Part shown: positions 1 to 12,742 of the stretch, piece by piece
How the letters are laid out: the number at the start of each line of letters is the position of its first letter
Position numbering within the stretch: position 1 is the first letter of the stretch
Origin: Octopus sinensis
Lineage: Eukaryota
NCBI RefSeq assembly: GCF_006345805.1
Contig: NC_042999.1
Location: 161,696,001 to 161,760,000 of the forward strand
Direction: 5' to 3'
DNA length: 64,000 nt
Notes under the pieces: generated by a model
Databases searched by the model: none
Told to the model about the DNA's origin: nothing
The model's input: the letters and a program-made list of their open reading frames with translations, nothing else
Position numbers and translations under genes: made by a program

Positions 1-55
1 TAAATTTTATTTGATTTAAAATTAGGGTTTTATTTAATTTCTAAAGAATCAAATG

Positions 56-260
56 TTATCTCATCTTATTAAATAGGCAGTTCAGTTTATGTTTACATTT
101 AATTTTTCGTTCATTCTGAGTGTTGATCAGTGTTATTTTAGCCATAAATTCATGTGTACACAGAAGACAGAATTCATTACCTATTCTACATGATTTAGTT
201 TTTAATTCCCATATATATTTACTTAAACCCGTCGAGTTCATCAATTTTTTTATTCTTAAA
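56..260 (-). mobile_element. Penelope-like element remnant (C-terminal GIY-YIG endonuclease region)
   Basis: NSTGLSKYIWELK...CLLC...KCKH resembles the recalled PLE C-terminal motif STELSKYIWELK..C.LC..E..KCRH. Confidence 0.6.
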
Positions 261-517
261 AATAATAAGAATTGTAATAAGAATTGTAGGTATTAAGTTT
301 GATAATTTTAATATGTAGTCCTATATGTACATATTGTGGATAATGTCATTCAATGATGATTGAGTTGCTAGAGGGTGATTCTGTCTCTTAAACCTATCTA
401 TTTATATGCATATAATACATTTTAGTGCCACTAAATTGAACTTCTCTCTCCTGTGGACTCAGAAATAACTTCCCAAATATTAATAATATATGTATGTATG
501 TATGTATATATATATAT

Positions 518-1390
518 AGCCTGGGCAAAGTTCAGAAAGTTCCTACCTCTCACTCAGAGTGAAAGGTAGAATGTATAATGCATGTGTGTGAACCACCATG
601 CTAAACTGCAGTGAAATATGGGTCATGACTGCTGAGGTCATGCATAGGCTTGAAAGAAACAAAGCTAGTATGATCCGCTGGATGCATAATGTCACTGTGC
701 TTACACAACAGAGTGTAAATGCCCTTAAAGAAATGTTGGACATAGAAGCATCAGATGTGGTGAGCAAGAGACAACTGCACCAGTATGGTCATGTGTTGCA
801 TATAGATGAGGACAGCTGTGTAAAGAAGTGTCAACACCCTAACAGTCAAAGGAACCTGTGGAAGAGGTAGATTCAGGAAGACATAGGATGAAGTGGTGAA
901 GCATGACCTTCAAATGTTGAACCTCACAGAGGCAACAACAAGAGACTGAGGCCTTTGGAGATATGCTGTGATTGAGAAGACTCAGCTAATAAAGTGAGGT
1001 CGCAGCCATGGCCAATGCCAGTGTTGCATAACCATCCCATTTAAAAGTACCTTTGAAGAATCGGGCAATATGCTGTTCTTGAGAAGACTTGTTAACTCAA
1101 GTGAAATCAAAATCATAATCATGGTCAGTGCTGCCTGACTGGTACCATTTTGGTGGAACATAATAGCACCATTCGATCATGGGTCGATGCTAGTGCTACC
1201 TGACCTGCTCTCCCTCCTGGTGGGAATTAAAAAGCTCCATTCAAACATGGTCGATGCCAGTGCCCCCTGACTGGCTCGCATGCTGAAGCCACGTAAAAAG
1301 CACCCACTACACTCAGAGTTGGTTGGAGTTAGGAAGGGTATCCAGATGTAGAAAATGCCTCCATCACAGATGAAACTACTACAAGAATTT
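518..1390 (+). mobile_element. Older RTE LINE 3' fragment
   Basis: MLNCSEIWVMTAE..ERNKASMIRWMHNV and QLHQYGHVLHIDED, followed by a degenerate 3' UTR. Confidence 0.8.
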
Positions 1391-1997
1391 AGAACAACTC
1401 CAACCATTAAATAGCTGAAAGATTAAAATTAATCAAATTAAAATTGATACACTAAGTAATAACAGAGCCAATGATATCTTCACAAATAATTTCTTGTGAA
1501 TTATTTGCTCTGTATTGAAATTATTTTCACAGTGGTGGCCACCAGGATTCAGTTGAAAATGAATCAGTTCCAGTGCAGACTCCAATGTAACAGGTTGGGG
1601 CTCTCTGTCATTGTAAAACGTGCTGAGGAAGGTGAGGCTATTATGCCAGTCCAGAAACCGATCCACGTGAGTCCAAATGCTTGAATGTATGCTGAGATAT
1701 TGTCTCAGCCTGTTTGCCTTTGGACAGTTGATTTCTGTAGTTATTTTGACAATTTAAATGAGTCTTGACTATTATTTCCAGCAGGTAGACATACTTAGTA
1801 CGTCCTTTGATTAATTTTAATCTTTCAGCTATTTAATTCTTTTTTGGGGCCTGCAATCGCCAATATTATTGATTCTGTTATTAACATTTTTAAATTGTTA
1901 TACTAGATTATAATAGAGTCAATGATATCTTCACAAATATATTCTTGTGAATTATTTGCTCTGTATATATACATGTACATATATAAACATATACATC

Positions 1998-2028
<31 letters not shown>

Positions 2029-2243
2029 GGCCTTTCAGCATGTTTACTTCGTAAAAACCAGTCGCGTTTTTTTTCCCTCTGTTCGCCCACCTCGGGATCT
2101 TTCTTTCTTCCTTCTCTTATGTTTCCGACGAAGAGCTCCGCTCGAAACATCATACCCTCCTTCTTCCCTCTTTCCTGAGCGCCAATAATAATACTTTAAT
2201 TGTTCCACGTGTTGTTGTTTTTTCTGTTTTCCTGTTTGGATTA

Positions 2244-2246
<3 letters not shown>
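2029..2246 (+). mobile_element. Short (TA)n-inserted repeat carrying a minimal hammerhead
   Basis: Homologous to 35625-35830 (-); both end in GTTTGGATTAAC next to (TA)n. Confidence 0.6.
2121..2155 (+). ncRNA. Decayed minimal hammerhead-like motif
   Basis: GTTT CCGACGA A GAGC TCC GCTC GAAAC AT C ATAC; U4C variant with a stem III mismatch. Confidence 0.45.
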
Positions 2247-2285
<39 letters not shown>

Positions 2286-2286
2286 A

Positions 2287-2331
<45 letters not shown>

Positions 2332-2368
2332 TATACATTTATATATAAACATATACAGATGTATATAC

Positions 2369-2424
<56 letters not shown>

Positions 2425-2824
2425 TAATAATAATAACGGGTAAAATTAATTAATTAATTAATAATTAATAATTTTACCAAGTAGTCCGGTATGTTAAAAG
2501 AACCATTATTGGTAAACTTATACAAAAATTCTATAATTATGAGTATAATTATAATTAGGGTTGAGCAAAATTTGCTTCACCACATACCAAAATTTAGAAA
2601 TAGCAGTTAAAAACTACTATTCTACTACTATATCTCCCAGACAGCAATACTCAACAATTCATGCAGGTAAAGAGAAAAAGATAATGAATCTACCCATCTC
2701 TGATTAACTGTATACGCGTTTCAGAGTTAGAGAGATGTGAAAAATGTAAAATCATATTTCTACTCACTCACCCACCTCATAGGTAGAGTAATTCAAATTT
2801 TGAACTTGAGAGCAAATTTACATT

Positions 2825-2892
<68 letters not shown>

Positions 2893-2896
2893 TAAT

Positions 2897-2938
<42 letters not shown>

Positions 2939-2964
2939 ATATTATATATATATATATATATATA

Positions 2965-4601
2965 TCTTATGATAAAAAGCAGATTTTCTCTGCCTGTTCC
3001 CATGTTCCTTTTTAATACAATTCTACAATATAGAATTTCTTCAATTGGAATTTACCTATCATTTTTCCAAGTAGATTCCATTGGGTCATGGCATGTAAAG
3101 TTTTTTCAATTTCACCCCCAATTAAGCAAAAATTCGAGAAAACTCAATATTTTACGATTTGCCTCTCTCATTTCAAGTGCTTCACTCCTTCCATTACCAC
3201 CACACTTTCTCCTACTTTCTCTTTGCAAGTGTACAACAATTAAAGTGAAAGTATTTATATAACAGGGATGAGCCATTAATACTGGTCATCCTTTTTGCTA
3301 GAGGAAGATCCGCTATGGTCTTATATGCTACACCACTGGTTTTCAATTCATATTAATCAAATTAATATTCAGTTTTTCACCCTTATTATGTGTGTGTGTG
3401 TGTATTAGCAATTCGTATAAAATTGCATCAATGACTTGAACTTGAATAAGTGGTTTCACATAAATGGGGATAAATTAAAAAGGTTTGTTGTTATTATTAT
3501 TACTGTTTGACTATTGTAATCACGTTTGTTGGTTCCTCGTCAGGGAAACGTTGTTGTGTTGCATTTGTTAAGTAATTGTAAACCGTAACCCTCCCCCTTT
3601 CGGAGAAGGGGCTTTGGTTATTGTTTAAAAATTGAATTGTGTCCCTGTTTGGGGAAATTGACAATATTTTCACCGTCTTTATGGAAGCATTTTTGTTAAA
3701 ATGCCTTCGATAGAAGAAAGTCCAAAAATGAATTTCACTGCAGCCGTACACTTCTATACAAGAGGGAGGACAAGATCCAATTGATCGAAATTGCAAGAGA
3801 CGGGCCTACAATTCCAGTCTGTTATATATTTTGAGTATTGTTATCACTAGCGATATCAAGATATAACTTTGTATTTTGTATTTTATGTGTAGATGTATAT
3901 ATATAGATGTACATGTAATATGTACACATATATATATATACACACATATATACATGCATAATATATCTAGCCATACACACATACGCACACACAGACATAC
4001 ATAGGGGCAGGTGTGGCTGTGTGGTAACAAACTATGTTCCAAACACATGGTCCTGGGTTCAGTCCCACTGTGTGGTGACTTGGCATGTGTCTTCTGCTGT
4101 AGTTTCAGACCAACAAAAGCCTTCTCAGTGGATTTTGTACATATATACAGGCATACATACATATATATATATGCATATTCTATATTTTCTAAATTACCCA
4201 TATTTACTTACCCATGCTTCATTCCCCTCTTGCCTACATAGGGCATCCATTCTCTTTTAACACAGCATGAAGTTTTGTAACAGCACATCCGCTGCCGTTC
4301 GTGTAAAACGAAGAGACCCTATTTACCTGCGAACGTTTTACACCGCCTTCAACGACTATCAAATTCTTACAATTATGAGAACAATAACATGGCTCTTTTC
4401 AAGGCAACCACGCATTCAATTCTTACACCATTCTACGAGGGCGTAGGAACCCCTTTACACGGCTTTCTATACACTTATAAATACATTCATTCGCCGTAAA
4501 CTTATATCAATATTTGCCTGAATAATCATCATAATTCAGTGCAATCATTAACAGTACTTTCAAGCAATTCAGCCCCGAGCATTGCCAGGAAATTCTGCTA
4601 G
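2965..4601 (+). mobile_element. Non-autonomous Helitron (long type)
   Basis: 5' TC with hairpin GCAGATTTTCTCTGC; 3' degenerate hairpin CCCGAGCATTGCCAGG then CTAG; A|T insertion site. Confidence 0.7.
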
Positions 4602-4844
4602 TATATTTATATATATATATCTATACATATGTATGTATGTATGTATATATATATATATATATTATATATATTATATATACATATAAATATATATATATGT
4701 ATTTTCTATTTCTATGTCTTGTTATATTTGTACTATATTAATGTATAATATCATTGCTGTGGTGTATTGGTTTAATAAAGTATTGATTGGGTATTATCTG
4801 ATGGTTGATGATTGATTTAGGTATGTTTCTCCATTTTCTCATTT

Positions 4845-4845
<1 letters not shown>

Positions 4846-4933
<88 letters not shown>

Positions 4934-5203
4934 GTATGTATGTATATATATATATATATATAATACATACATATATATATATACATATATATACATACAT
5001 ATATATATATATACATATATTATATATATATATATACATATACATATACATATATATATATACATATATATACATATGTATATATATACATATATATCTA
5101 TACACATATATATATATAATACATACATATATATATAAACATATAGACATACATATATATATATATACATACATATATATATATATACATATATATACAT
5201 ACG

Positions 5204-5236
<33 letters not shown>

Positions 5237-5260
5237 TACATATATATATATACATATACA
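4846..5260. repeat. Compound (TA)n/(TACA)n microsatellite
   Basis: Direct inspection; source of spurious YI-repeat ORFs. Confidence 0.97.
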
Positions 5261-5535
5261 GGCACAGGAGTAGCTGAGTGGTAAGTAGCTTGCTTCCTAA
5301 CAATAGTTCAGTCTCCCTGTATGGCACCTTGGGCAAGTGTCTTCTACTATAGTTTCGGCCGATCAAAGCCTTGTGAGCGGATTTGGTAGACAGAAACTGA
5401 AAGAAGTCCATTGTATATATATGTATATATATGTTTTTATGTCTGTGTTTGTCTTCCTACCATCACTAAACAACCAATGTTTGTTTGGCAAAGGAGATTG
5501 ATGGAATATGTACTAGGCTTACAAAGAATAAGTCC
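5261..5535 (+). mobile_element. tRNA-derived SINE family A, partial
   Basis: Head GGCACAGGAGTAGC...GGTTC-like B box; body TTGGTAGACAGAAACTGAAAGAAG. Confidence 0.75.
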
Positions 5536-5711
5536 ATATATATATATATATATATACAAAATGAGAAAATGGAGAAATATACCTAAATCAATCATCAACT
5601 ATCAGATAATACCCAATCAATACTTTATTAAACCATTACACAATAGCAATGATATTATACATTAATATAGTACAAATATAACAAGACATAGAAATAGAAA
5701 TAGAAATACAT

Positions 5712-5843
5712 TTACATTGTAGCTGACAGCTGTTTCGGCCGTGAAGACAGGTATGTCCCATTTAACCTATTAGCCATATAAAGCAGGTATAAATGAGACA
5801 TTAACAAGAATATCTCACGGCCTCTTCAGAGAATTTAATGCAA
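5712..5843 (-). ncRNA. Hammerhead ribozyme motif, Penelope-like minimal type
   Basis: Minus strand: CTGAAGA (5829-5823), 8-bp stem II GGCCGTGA/TCACGGCC with a 70-nt loop, GAA, palindromic ACAGCTGT, then C (GUC triplet). Stem I is only 2 bp plus an internal loop plus 7 bp. Confidence 0.6.
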
Positions 5844-6225
5844 GTATGAGTACAAATCCTAAAAAATTTACATATAAATATAAATATGTGTGCATACACA
5901 CTCATATTCTTACATATATATATATACACAATAATACAATATAAACAATATACATCAATATACATCAACAAACACAATAATGTTCCATATTGAACTCCAC
6001 AGTTCCATAACCAACATCAAGAAACCACAACAGGTACACTCACACTCAAAGCAGGCATATATATTGAACAGTCCAATATATTAAAATGTGTCATTTCACA
6101 ATATATATAATTTAATAATTAAGGATAAAATCTTAATAAGAAATCTTAACAAGAAATTATCAGGTAGTTAGCGTGAAAAACCTCATAAAAGAAAAAATCT
6201 GTAAATTTTTTCACTTAAAAATATT

Positions 6226-6371
6226 TATTTATATTATATAGAGGGCATTACTACACATAAATGCCACACGCTAGGAGGGACTTTCAAAGTCATTACTTTA
6301 TTTTTGGTAGTAATGACTTTGAAAGTCCCTCCTAGCGTGTGGCATTTATGTGTAATAATGCCCTCTATATA

Positions 6372-6380
<9 letters not shown>
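6226..6380. repeat. Fold-back: 72-bp arms, 11-nt loop
   Basis: 6226-6297 vs 6309-6380, one mismatch. Confidence 0.95.
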
Positions 6381-6412
<32 letters not shown>

Positions 6413-6477
6413 AGTACCATTGCATTGGTTAGGAATCAAACCTAGGCCGCTGTGAGGCAGGCAAGCATTCTACAACT

Positions 6478-6513
<36 letters not shown>

Positions 6514-8375
6514 GTATAGACAGATAGATAGGTAGACACACTCACACACACACACAAGCACAAAAACACACACACAGAAACATTAAAAAAAATAGGAGAG
6601 AAAAATAAACGAAAGATCACATCCATTCCACCCCTCTGATAAATTTAAAACACAGAAATGAATGAGTATAAACAACAAAGTGAATTTTATATTTCTTAAC
6701 ATTTATAGCGAAATATAGAAAGCTTCATATTTGCAGTCATTTGTGTATACATATATATGTACAAATATGCACATACATTTGTACTAATATACATATACAT
6801 ATGTACTTATACATACTTCCACACTCACAAGGCATAGTTCCATATATCCTATATGTACGTTCCAACTACATTTATAAATACATATGCATGTGTATATATA
6901 TATATATGTATACATCAGTGTATGAGCGTGTGGTGTATGTATGTATATATATATACATATTATCATGATCATCATCATCATCACTTAACGTCCTTTTTTC
7001 CAAGCTGGCATGGGTTGGACGGTTTGACTGAAAACTGGTAAGCTGAGGAACTGCACCGGGTTTCAATCTAATTTAACATGGTTTCTATGGCTGGAAACAT
7101 ACACACATATATATGCATACACATATTCATATATGCAAACTTCCATACACATACACACAAAACACACACACACACACACACATAAAGTGATAGAGAAAAA
7201 TCACACATCAACTTACTTTCATTTTAGAATGATGTTTGATGAATTTATTCACAGATGCATATATACACATATAGACATACATGTATATAGATACACACAC
7301 ATATACACACATGTACATACATTTGTAAACAGACACATTGCTGTCGATTTGTGTGTATACGTATGTGTGTATACATACATCACTGCATACATGTGTGTGT
7401 GGATGAATATCTCTTGATTGTCGTATATTCTCCTGGGATACGTCCAGTTACAATCCACTCCGAGTTCTGTTCCAACATATATACAGCATATTGCTATGTC
7501 AGGACGATGAGGTGAGGTGGGAGGGGAGTCGGTGTAGGAAAGTCTTAATGTGTCTTGTTGCTGATAGCTGTAAGACCAATCAGAACCTCACCACTGCTGC
7601 CACCTGAACTGATGACAATAACAACAGCAGCAGCAACAACTACAGTACTAAAGTCTGCTTAAGCAAAACACACTGGAGACATGGGGTTGGGTCAGGTGTA
7701 GAGGAAGCATTATTCAGCCATGGCCACAACATTAATAAATAAAAACATTAACAATATTATTAGCAACAACAACAGAAACAGTGTTGACCTCATCAAAAAC
7801 TAAACAAGCCAATGAGAATTTTATGTGACCATTTGACTCGATAAAAATACCAACCAAATCTCCTCAAATCCCTCCCTTCTGCTTTGGGAAAGGAAAGGAC
7901 ACACAGAATAACATAAACCTACACTTCTAAACAGATGGAATGGTCATGGCTGTAGAGGGTATATTTGATTGTATCAACCCCAGTACTTAACTGGTTATTT
8001 ATTTTATTGGCCCTGGAAAAATGAAAGACGAAGCAGAGTTTGGAGAGATTTGAATCTATAATGTAAATAAGGTAAACAATATAAGCAACAGCAACAACAA
8101 AGAAGACCTCTGTCAGACTATTTCAAATGTTAGAAATGACAGCCAAATTTCTCTTAAATCAAACTCTACTATCTGAACAAGGAAGGACATATAATTTAGT
8201 TCTCAATATTCCTCATAAGATGTGATAGTCATGGATGGAGTGCTTCTGATTATAAGTCTATTGAGTCAGTGCTGACCTGGAGTTATACAATAACAACTTG
8301 ACAACTATTGAACCAATGAAAGATCCACTACATGGTTGCCTGATATAAAAAAGAAAATGGTAACTTTGGTGTTAA

Positions 8376-8596
8376 CCCTTTCATTACCAACCCGGCCGAA
8401 ACCAGCTCTGGCTCTTTAGTACAAATGTCTTGTTTACATAAGTTTTGAATTCAAATCTTCCACCAAATCTTAGTCACAAATTATGTTCTTAACACTAGCT
8501 CAATGATAACAATATTATTTTACTAAATTCTTTGTTATATTTAAAATAATTGGAAGAAACACAGAACATCTCAAAATAAATACAGTAACGAAAGGG
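8376..8596. mobile_element. piggyBac-type MITE
   Basis: TTAA TSD on both sides; TIRs CCCTTTCATTAC / GTAACGAAAGGG. Confidence 0.85.
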
Positions 8597-8980
8597 TTAA
8601 TCAACTGCATCCACCCCTAAATATATACAACAAGCTTCTGTCCAAGCCTGAAAAGCTGAAGACACTTGCTCAAGATATCATGCAGTGGCACTGAACTGAA
8701 GACCATGTGGCTGCAAAGAAAACTTCTTAACCCCACAGGTATGCCTGTGCCTATAGATTCAGGTTGTCATACTGCACTTGATGTGAGTAAGCATTGCATA
8801 TCAGTGTTCAATATGGTTGTCAGTGTAACTAGAGCAATAGATTTGTGTATTACATTTAGCCATTTGCTCAACTTGTATGCTATGGGACAATTCATTCACA
8901 GCTGACCAGGAGCTACAAACACCACCATTAGCTGTATCACATCTTCCAACCACCACAACCAGCACCATCAACACCATTAC

Positions 8981-9185
8981 GGATCTTTTCCTTTTGATGG
9001 ACGGAATTTCTAGTTAACTAAACAATTTGAAACTTCGTATACTGGTAGAATGTGTCAAAAGAAAACATTATTTTCACTTGGCTAGGAAAAGATCCTAATG
9101 TTTTCTTTTGACACATTCTACCAGTATACGAAGTTTCAAATTGTTTAGTTAACTAGAAATTCCATCCATCAAAAGGAAAAGATCC
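8981..9185. repeat. Fold-back: 90-bp arms, 25-nt spacer
   Basis: 8981-9070 is the reverse complement of 9096-9185 with one mismatch. Confidence 0.95.
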
Positions 9186-10950
9186 ACCATGGATTACCAC
9201 TCCAATCATCACATCTACTTCCAATACTCCCTCTAACACCAACCCTCATCAGATAAATAAAACAGGATGTCTGAGTAGATGATATGTCAGTTTACCTATT
9301 TATGCATTGTGAGTTCAAATCTACAGTCATTTTATTGTGCTTCTAGATGGAATAGTTTATTTTACAATCCTTCAGTCGATTTAGCTGCCAAGAATAGCTA
9401 CTATATCACCTGGGAATGTAGGAATGGTATCTGTGATTGGCTGGGATCCTATCCAGGGTGAGATATAATCTCATTTGATTAACACCATGTAAATGGAACT
9501 GTAGCAGTACAAGCAGTCAGCACCATATTGGATGGGATCTCGTGGCAGCCATTACCATCTCCGAGACTGGAGTGAGACCTCGCCTGCATCCATTTGCCAT
9601 GTGCGAGATCACAACGAGGCTTGTGATGGCAAACTGGATATAATGGCCCAACAAAACAGATTCTATCTCTTCTTCACCGCAAGCACTTGCCGAACACACT
9701 TTGCTGGCTGGGTCTTCAGGCTAGTCCTGTCTGCACATTGTATCTCCAGAGGTAATGGGCCCGCATCAACAGTGATATAACAAAACGTACACAGCATGAG
9801 ATGGTATACTGAGAGCAACACACTTCATCGATTCTGTGTAACTTGTAAATAAACTGGTTGTGAATTGCATTTTTACTTAAGATTTCTTTCCTCGCCTGTT
9901 AGAGCACCTGAAACAACACAACGAACAATTTTTAATGGGAGAAGGCAATATTCATCCAATATCGTGAACCTTGCCTGTTTTCAAAATAGTACTTGAGGCA
10001 AAATCAACATTTCATCAGACTATATCAGACAAGAAACTTTAGCTCTCGACTTCTCTTTGGTCCTAGCTTTTTATAGATATTATGAGAAGATATATATACA
10101 GCATTTCTCTAAGTAGCAGACTGAACTATATTATTGTTGAAACAAAATATACTATCGATGAATGTTTGTTAGCCTACCCTGCTAAATGCACATACTGCCA
10201 GGACAAATTACTTTTGACAGACTTGTGCATCTATTGACAGAGAAATGAGAGAGAGAGAGAGAGGTGGGGAGATGTTCTTCAATTTCATGAACACTTGGAT
10301 AAGCTTCAGCAGTGGTGAATGGATAAAGGTATTGAACCACCACTAACTCTAGGATCAGGTATTCAAGTTCTTGTCAGGCATTTTATTGTTTTTAGAGGTG
10401 ACAGTTGAGTCTATATATCCAAATCAAGAATTCTGGAAAAGTACCTTGTAAAAGACTGGTGCCCTGTCCAGAATAAGAGAGCTCTTCATTTTCATCTGTA
10501 AATCACTAGAGAAACCAGCATTAAGTACCAGCCCTAGAGGCCTCTGTACTTCACAAAGAGGTTTATTTACCAAGTACTAATGCTCATTTTTCTACTTCAC
10601 AAGAATTCTCTTTGATGCAGAAGACATATACAAGTATCCATGATTAGAGATCCATGTTCTGTTGAAATAAGGTTCACTAACTAGCTTGTCTCCATCCAGC
10701 CATCGCTACCAACATCCCACAGAAACATTCTCCAACTCAGCTCAGGATTGATCAAATTTTCAAGACAACTTTGAGTTACTAATCTTCACTGGCACAAATT
10801 TTTTTATAGTCAAGCAAGATATCGACACAAGAGTCATAGATTGAATATGGCATCAACTGTTGCACACCATTCTTCATACACAGTTTATATTAAAGGATAG
10901 GCCTGGGATAGTCTCTGGTTACTTTTCACAAAATCTATAGGGTCATTTGA

Positions 10951-11351
10951 ACTTTTACTCTTTTACTTGTTTCAGTCATTTGACTGCGGCCATGCTGGAG
11001 CACCGCCTTTAGTCGAGCAAATCAACCCCGGGACTTATTCTTTGTAAGCCCAGTACTTATCCTATCGGTCTCTTTTGCCGAACCGCTAAGTGACGGGGAC
11101 ATAAACACACCAGCATCGGTTGTCAAGCAATGCTAGGGGGACAAACACAGACACACAAACACACACATATATATACATATACATATATACGACAGGCTTC
11201 TTTCAGTTTCCGTCTACCAAATCCATTCGCAAGGCATTGGTTGGCCCGGGGCTATAGCAGAAGACACTTGCCCAAGATGCCACGCAGTGGGACTGAACCC
11301 GGAACCATGTGGTTGGTTAGCAAGCTACTTACCACACAGCCACTCCTGTGC
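10951..11351 (-). mobile_element. SINE family A, full length
   Basis: Reverse complement of the consensus GGCGCAGGAGTGGCTGTGTGG...GAAACAAGTAAAAGAGT. Confidence 0.92.
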
Positions 11352-11714
11352 TACTAATGAAACACTTGTCTGTTACATATGCTTTGTTTAAAACTAACCT
11401 GTATGTAGAATGTCCACCTGATCTTACAACAGCCTGCTACATCTATGACTTATATTACAAGTAAATTTTCAGAGTATAGTGATGATCTGAACTGTATCTC
11501 TACATCAGAGGTCTCCAAAGTATGTTACAACACTTTAGCATGTCACCAATAATCTTTAGGTGTGTCAAAGTAAGTCAGCTTTTAGGAATTTTTGTCTGTG
11601 AAATAAAATTGAAATCTGAAACAATGCACACAATTAGTGACACATGATGTGATATTTAATCCCCAATAAAATTAATCTGTCATGAAAAAATTTTTTTTTA
11701 AAAAACACTTCAAT

Positions 11715-11879
11715 GGCACAGGAGTGTCTGTGTGGTAAGTAGCTTGCTAACCAACCACATGGTTCCGGGTTCAGTCCCACTGCGTGACATCTTGGGCAAG
11801 TGTCTTCTGCTATAGCCCCGGGGTGACCAAAGCCTTATGAGTGGATTTGGTAGACGGAAACTGAAAGAAGCCTGTCGTA

Positions 11880-11922
<43 letters not shown>

Positions 11923-12154
11923 GTGTGTGTATATGTTTGTGTATCTGTGTTTGTCCCCCTAGCATTGCTTGACAACCAATGCTGGTGTGTTTACGTCCCC
12001 GTCACTTAGCGGTTCAGCAAAAAGAGACCGATAGAATAAGTACTGGGCTTACAAAAGAATAAGTCCTTGGGTCGATTTGCTCGACTAAAGGCGGTGCTCC
12101 AGCATGGCCGCAGTCAAATGACTGAAACAAGTAAAAAGAGTAAAAAGAGAGAGT
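11715..12154 (+). mobile_element. SINE family A, full length
   Basis: Head, internal (TA)n/(TG)n tract and (AAAAGAGT)n tail. Confidence 0.92.
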
Positions 12155-12742
12155 AATGGAAAAAGTTTAGAAAGCTCTGCTCTGCATGATGCCCTATTAC
12201 ACAACTAGGTGTACAGGACCGGTAAGAGTTAAGTGATTTTGTCATAGCAACAGCTCAGCACCTACATTTCAATTACCTCCCACAAACACAAATACCCACT
12301 TTTATTCACTTCACTGTTTCTATTCACCTACCTTCTGTCATACACCCACACCTGCCTCGTTTACTTCTATCATACCACCATTCTTTCTTTCTTTCTTTCT
12401 TCCCCCCCTCTCTCTCTCTTACACACATATACACCAATTGTTTTAATAACCCTACTCGTTTCATTCTTGTGCTACTTCTGTCTTTACTACTATTCACCAT
12501 CTGTCATTGTACCAGTCCAGGGACACTCAATGTAGTTGCTCAATCTGCTTAATGCAGCAACCTTGCCTCTCTCAAACAACACACACACACTGTCTTAAAT
12601 AAAGAACATATTCCATAATAGTTACACAATGTGTGAAAATAAAGGCAGAGTGATCGCGGCTGAAATACCCTCTCTTTTATGATAAAGGAGGGCTGAACTG
12701 AGGCTTAATGCCAACACCACTATTACAGCCACCAGTACTAGC

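Larger units (their letters stand above)
5558..6380 (-). mobile_element. Composite Penelope-like fragments ending in a fold-back hairpin
   Basis: Contains the 5.7-kb hammerhead. 6120-6297 is homologous to the 21-kb unit. 5558-5709 has an inverted copy at 4699-4845. Confidence 0.45.

Noticed and set aside
2705-2790. GAAACGCGTA palindromic stem III on the minus strand
   Set aside because: No CUGANGA (only CCTATGAG) and no matching stem II; at most a dead hammerhead remnant.
3530-3550. CTGACGA on the minus strand
   Set aside because: No stem II-GAAA-stem III arrangement follows.
4738-5411. Long YI/IY-rich ORFs (also near 2044, 39348, 63776)
   Set aside because: Translations of (TA)n/(TACA)n microsatellites.
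9500-10100. GC-richer stretch with faint resemblance to a non-LTR retroelement C-terminus
   Set aside because: Stops in all frames and motifs too decayed to assign by eye; needs a profile search.
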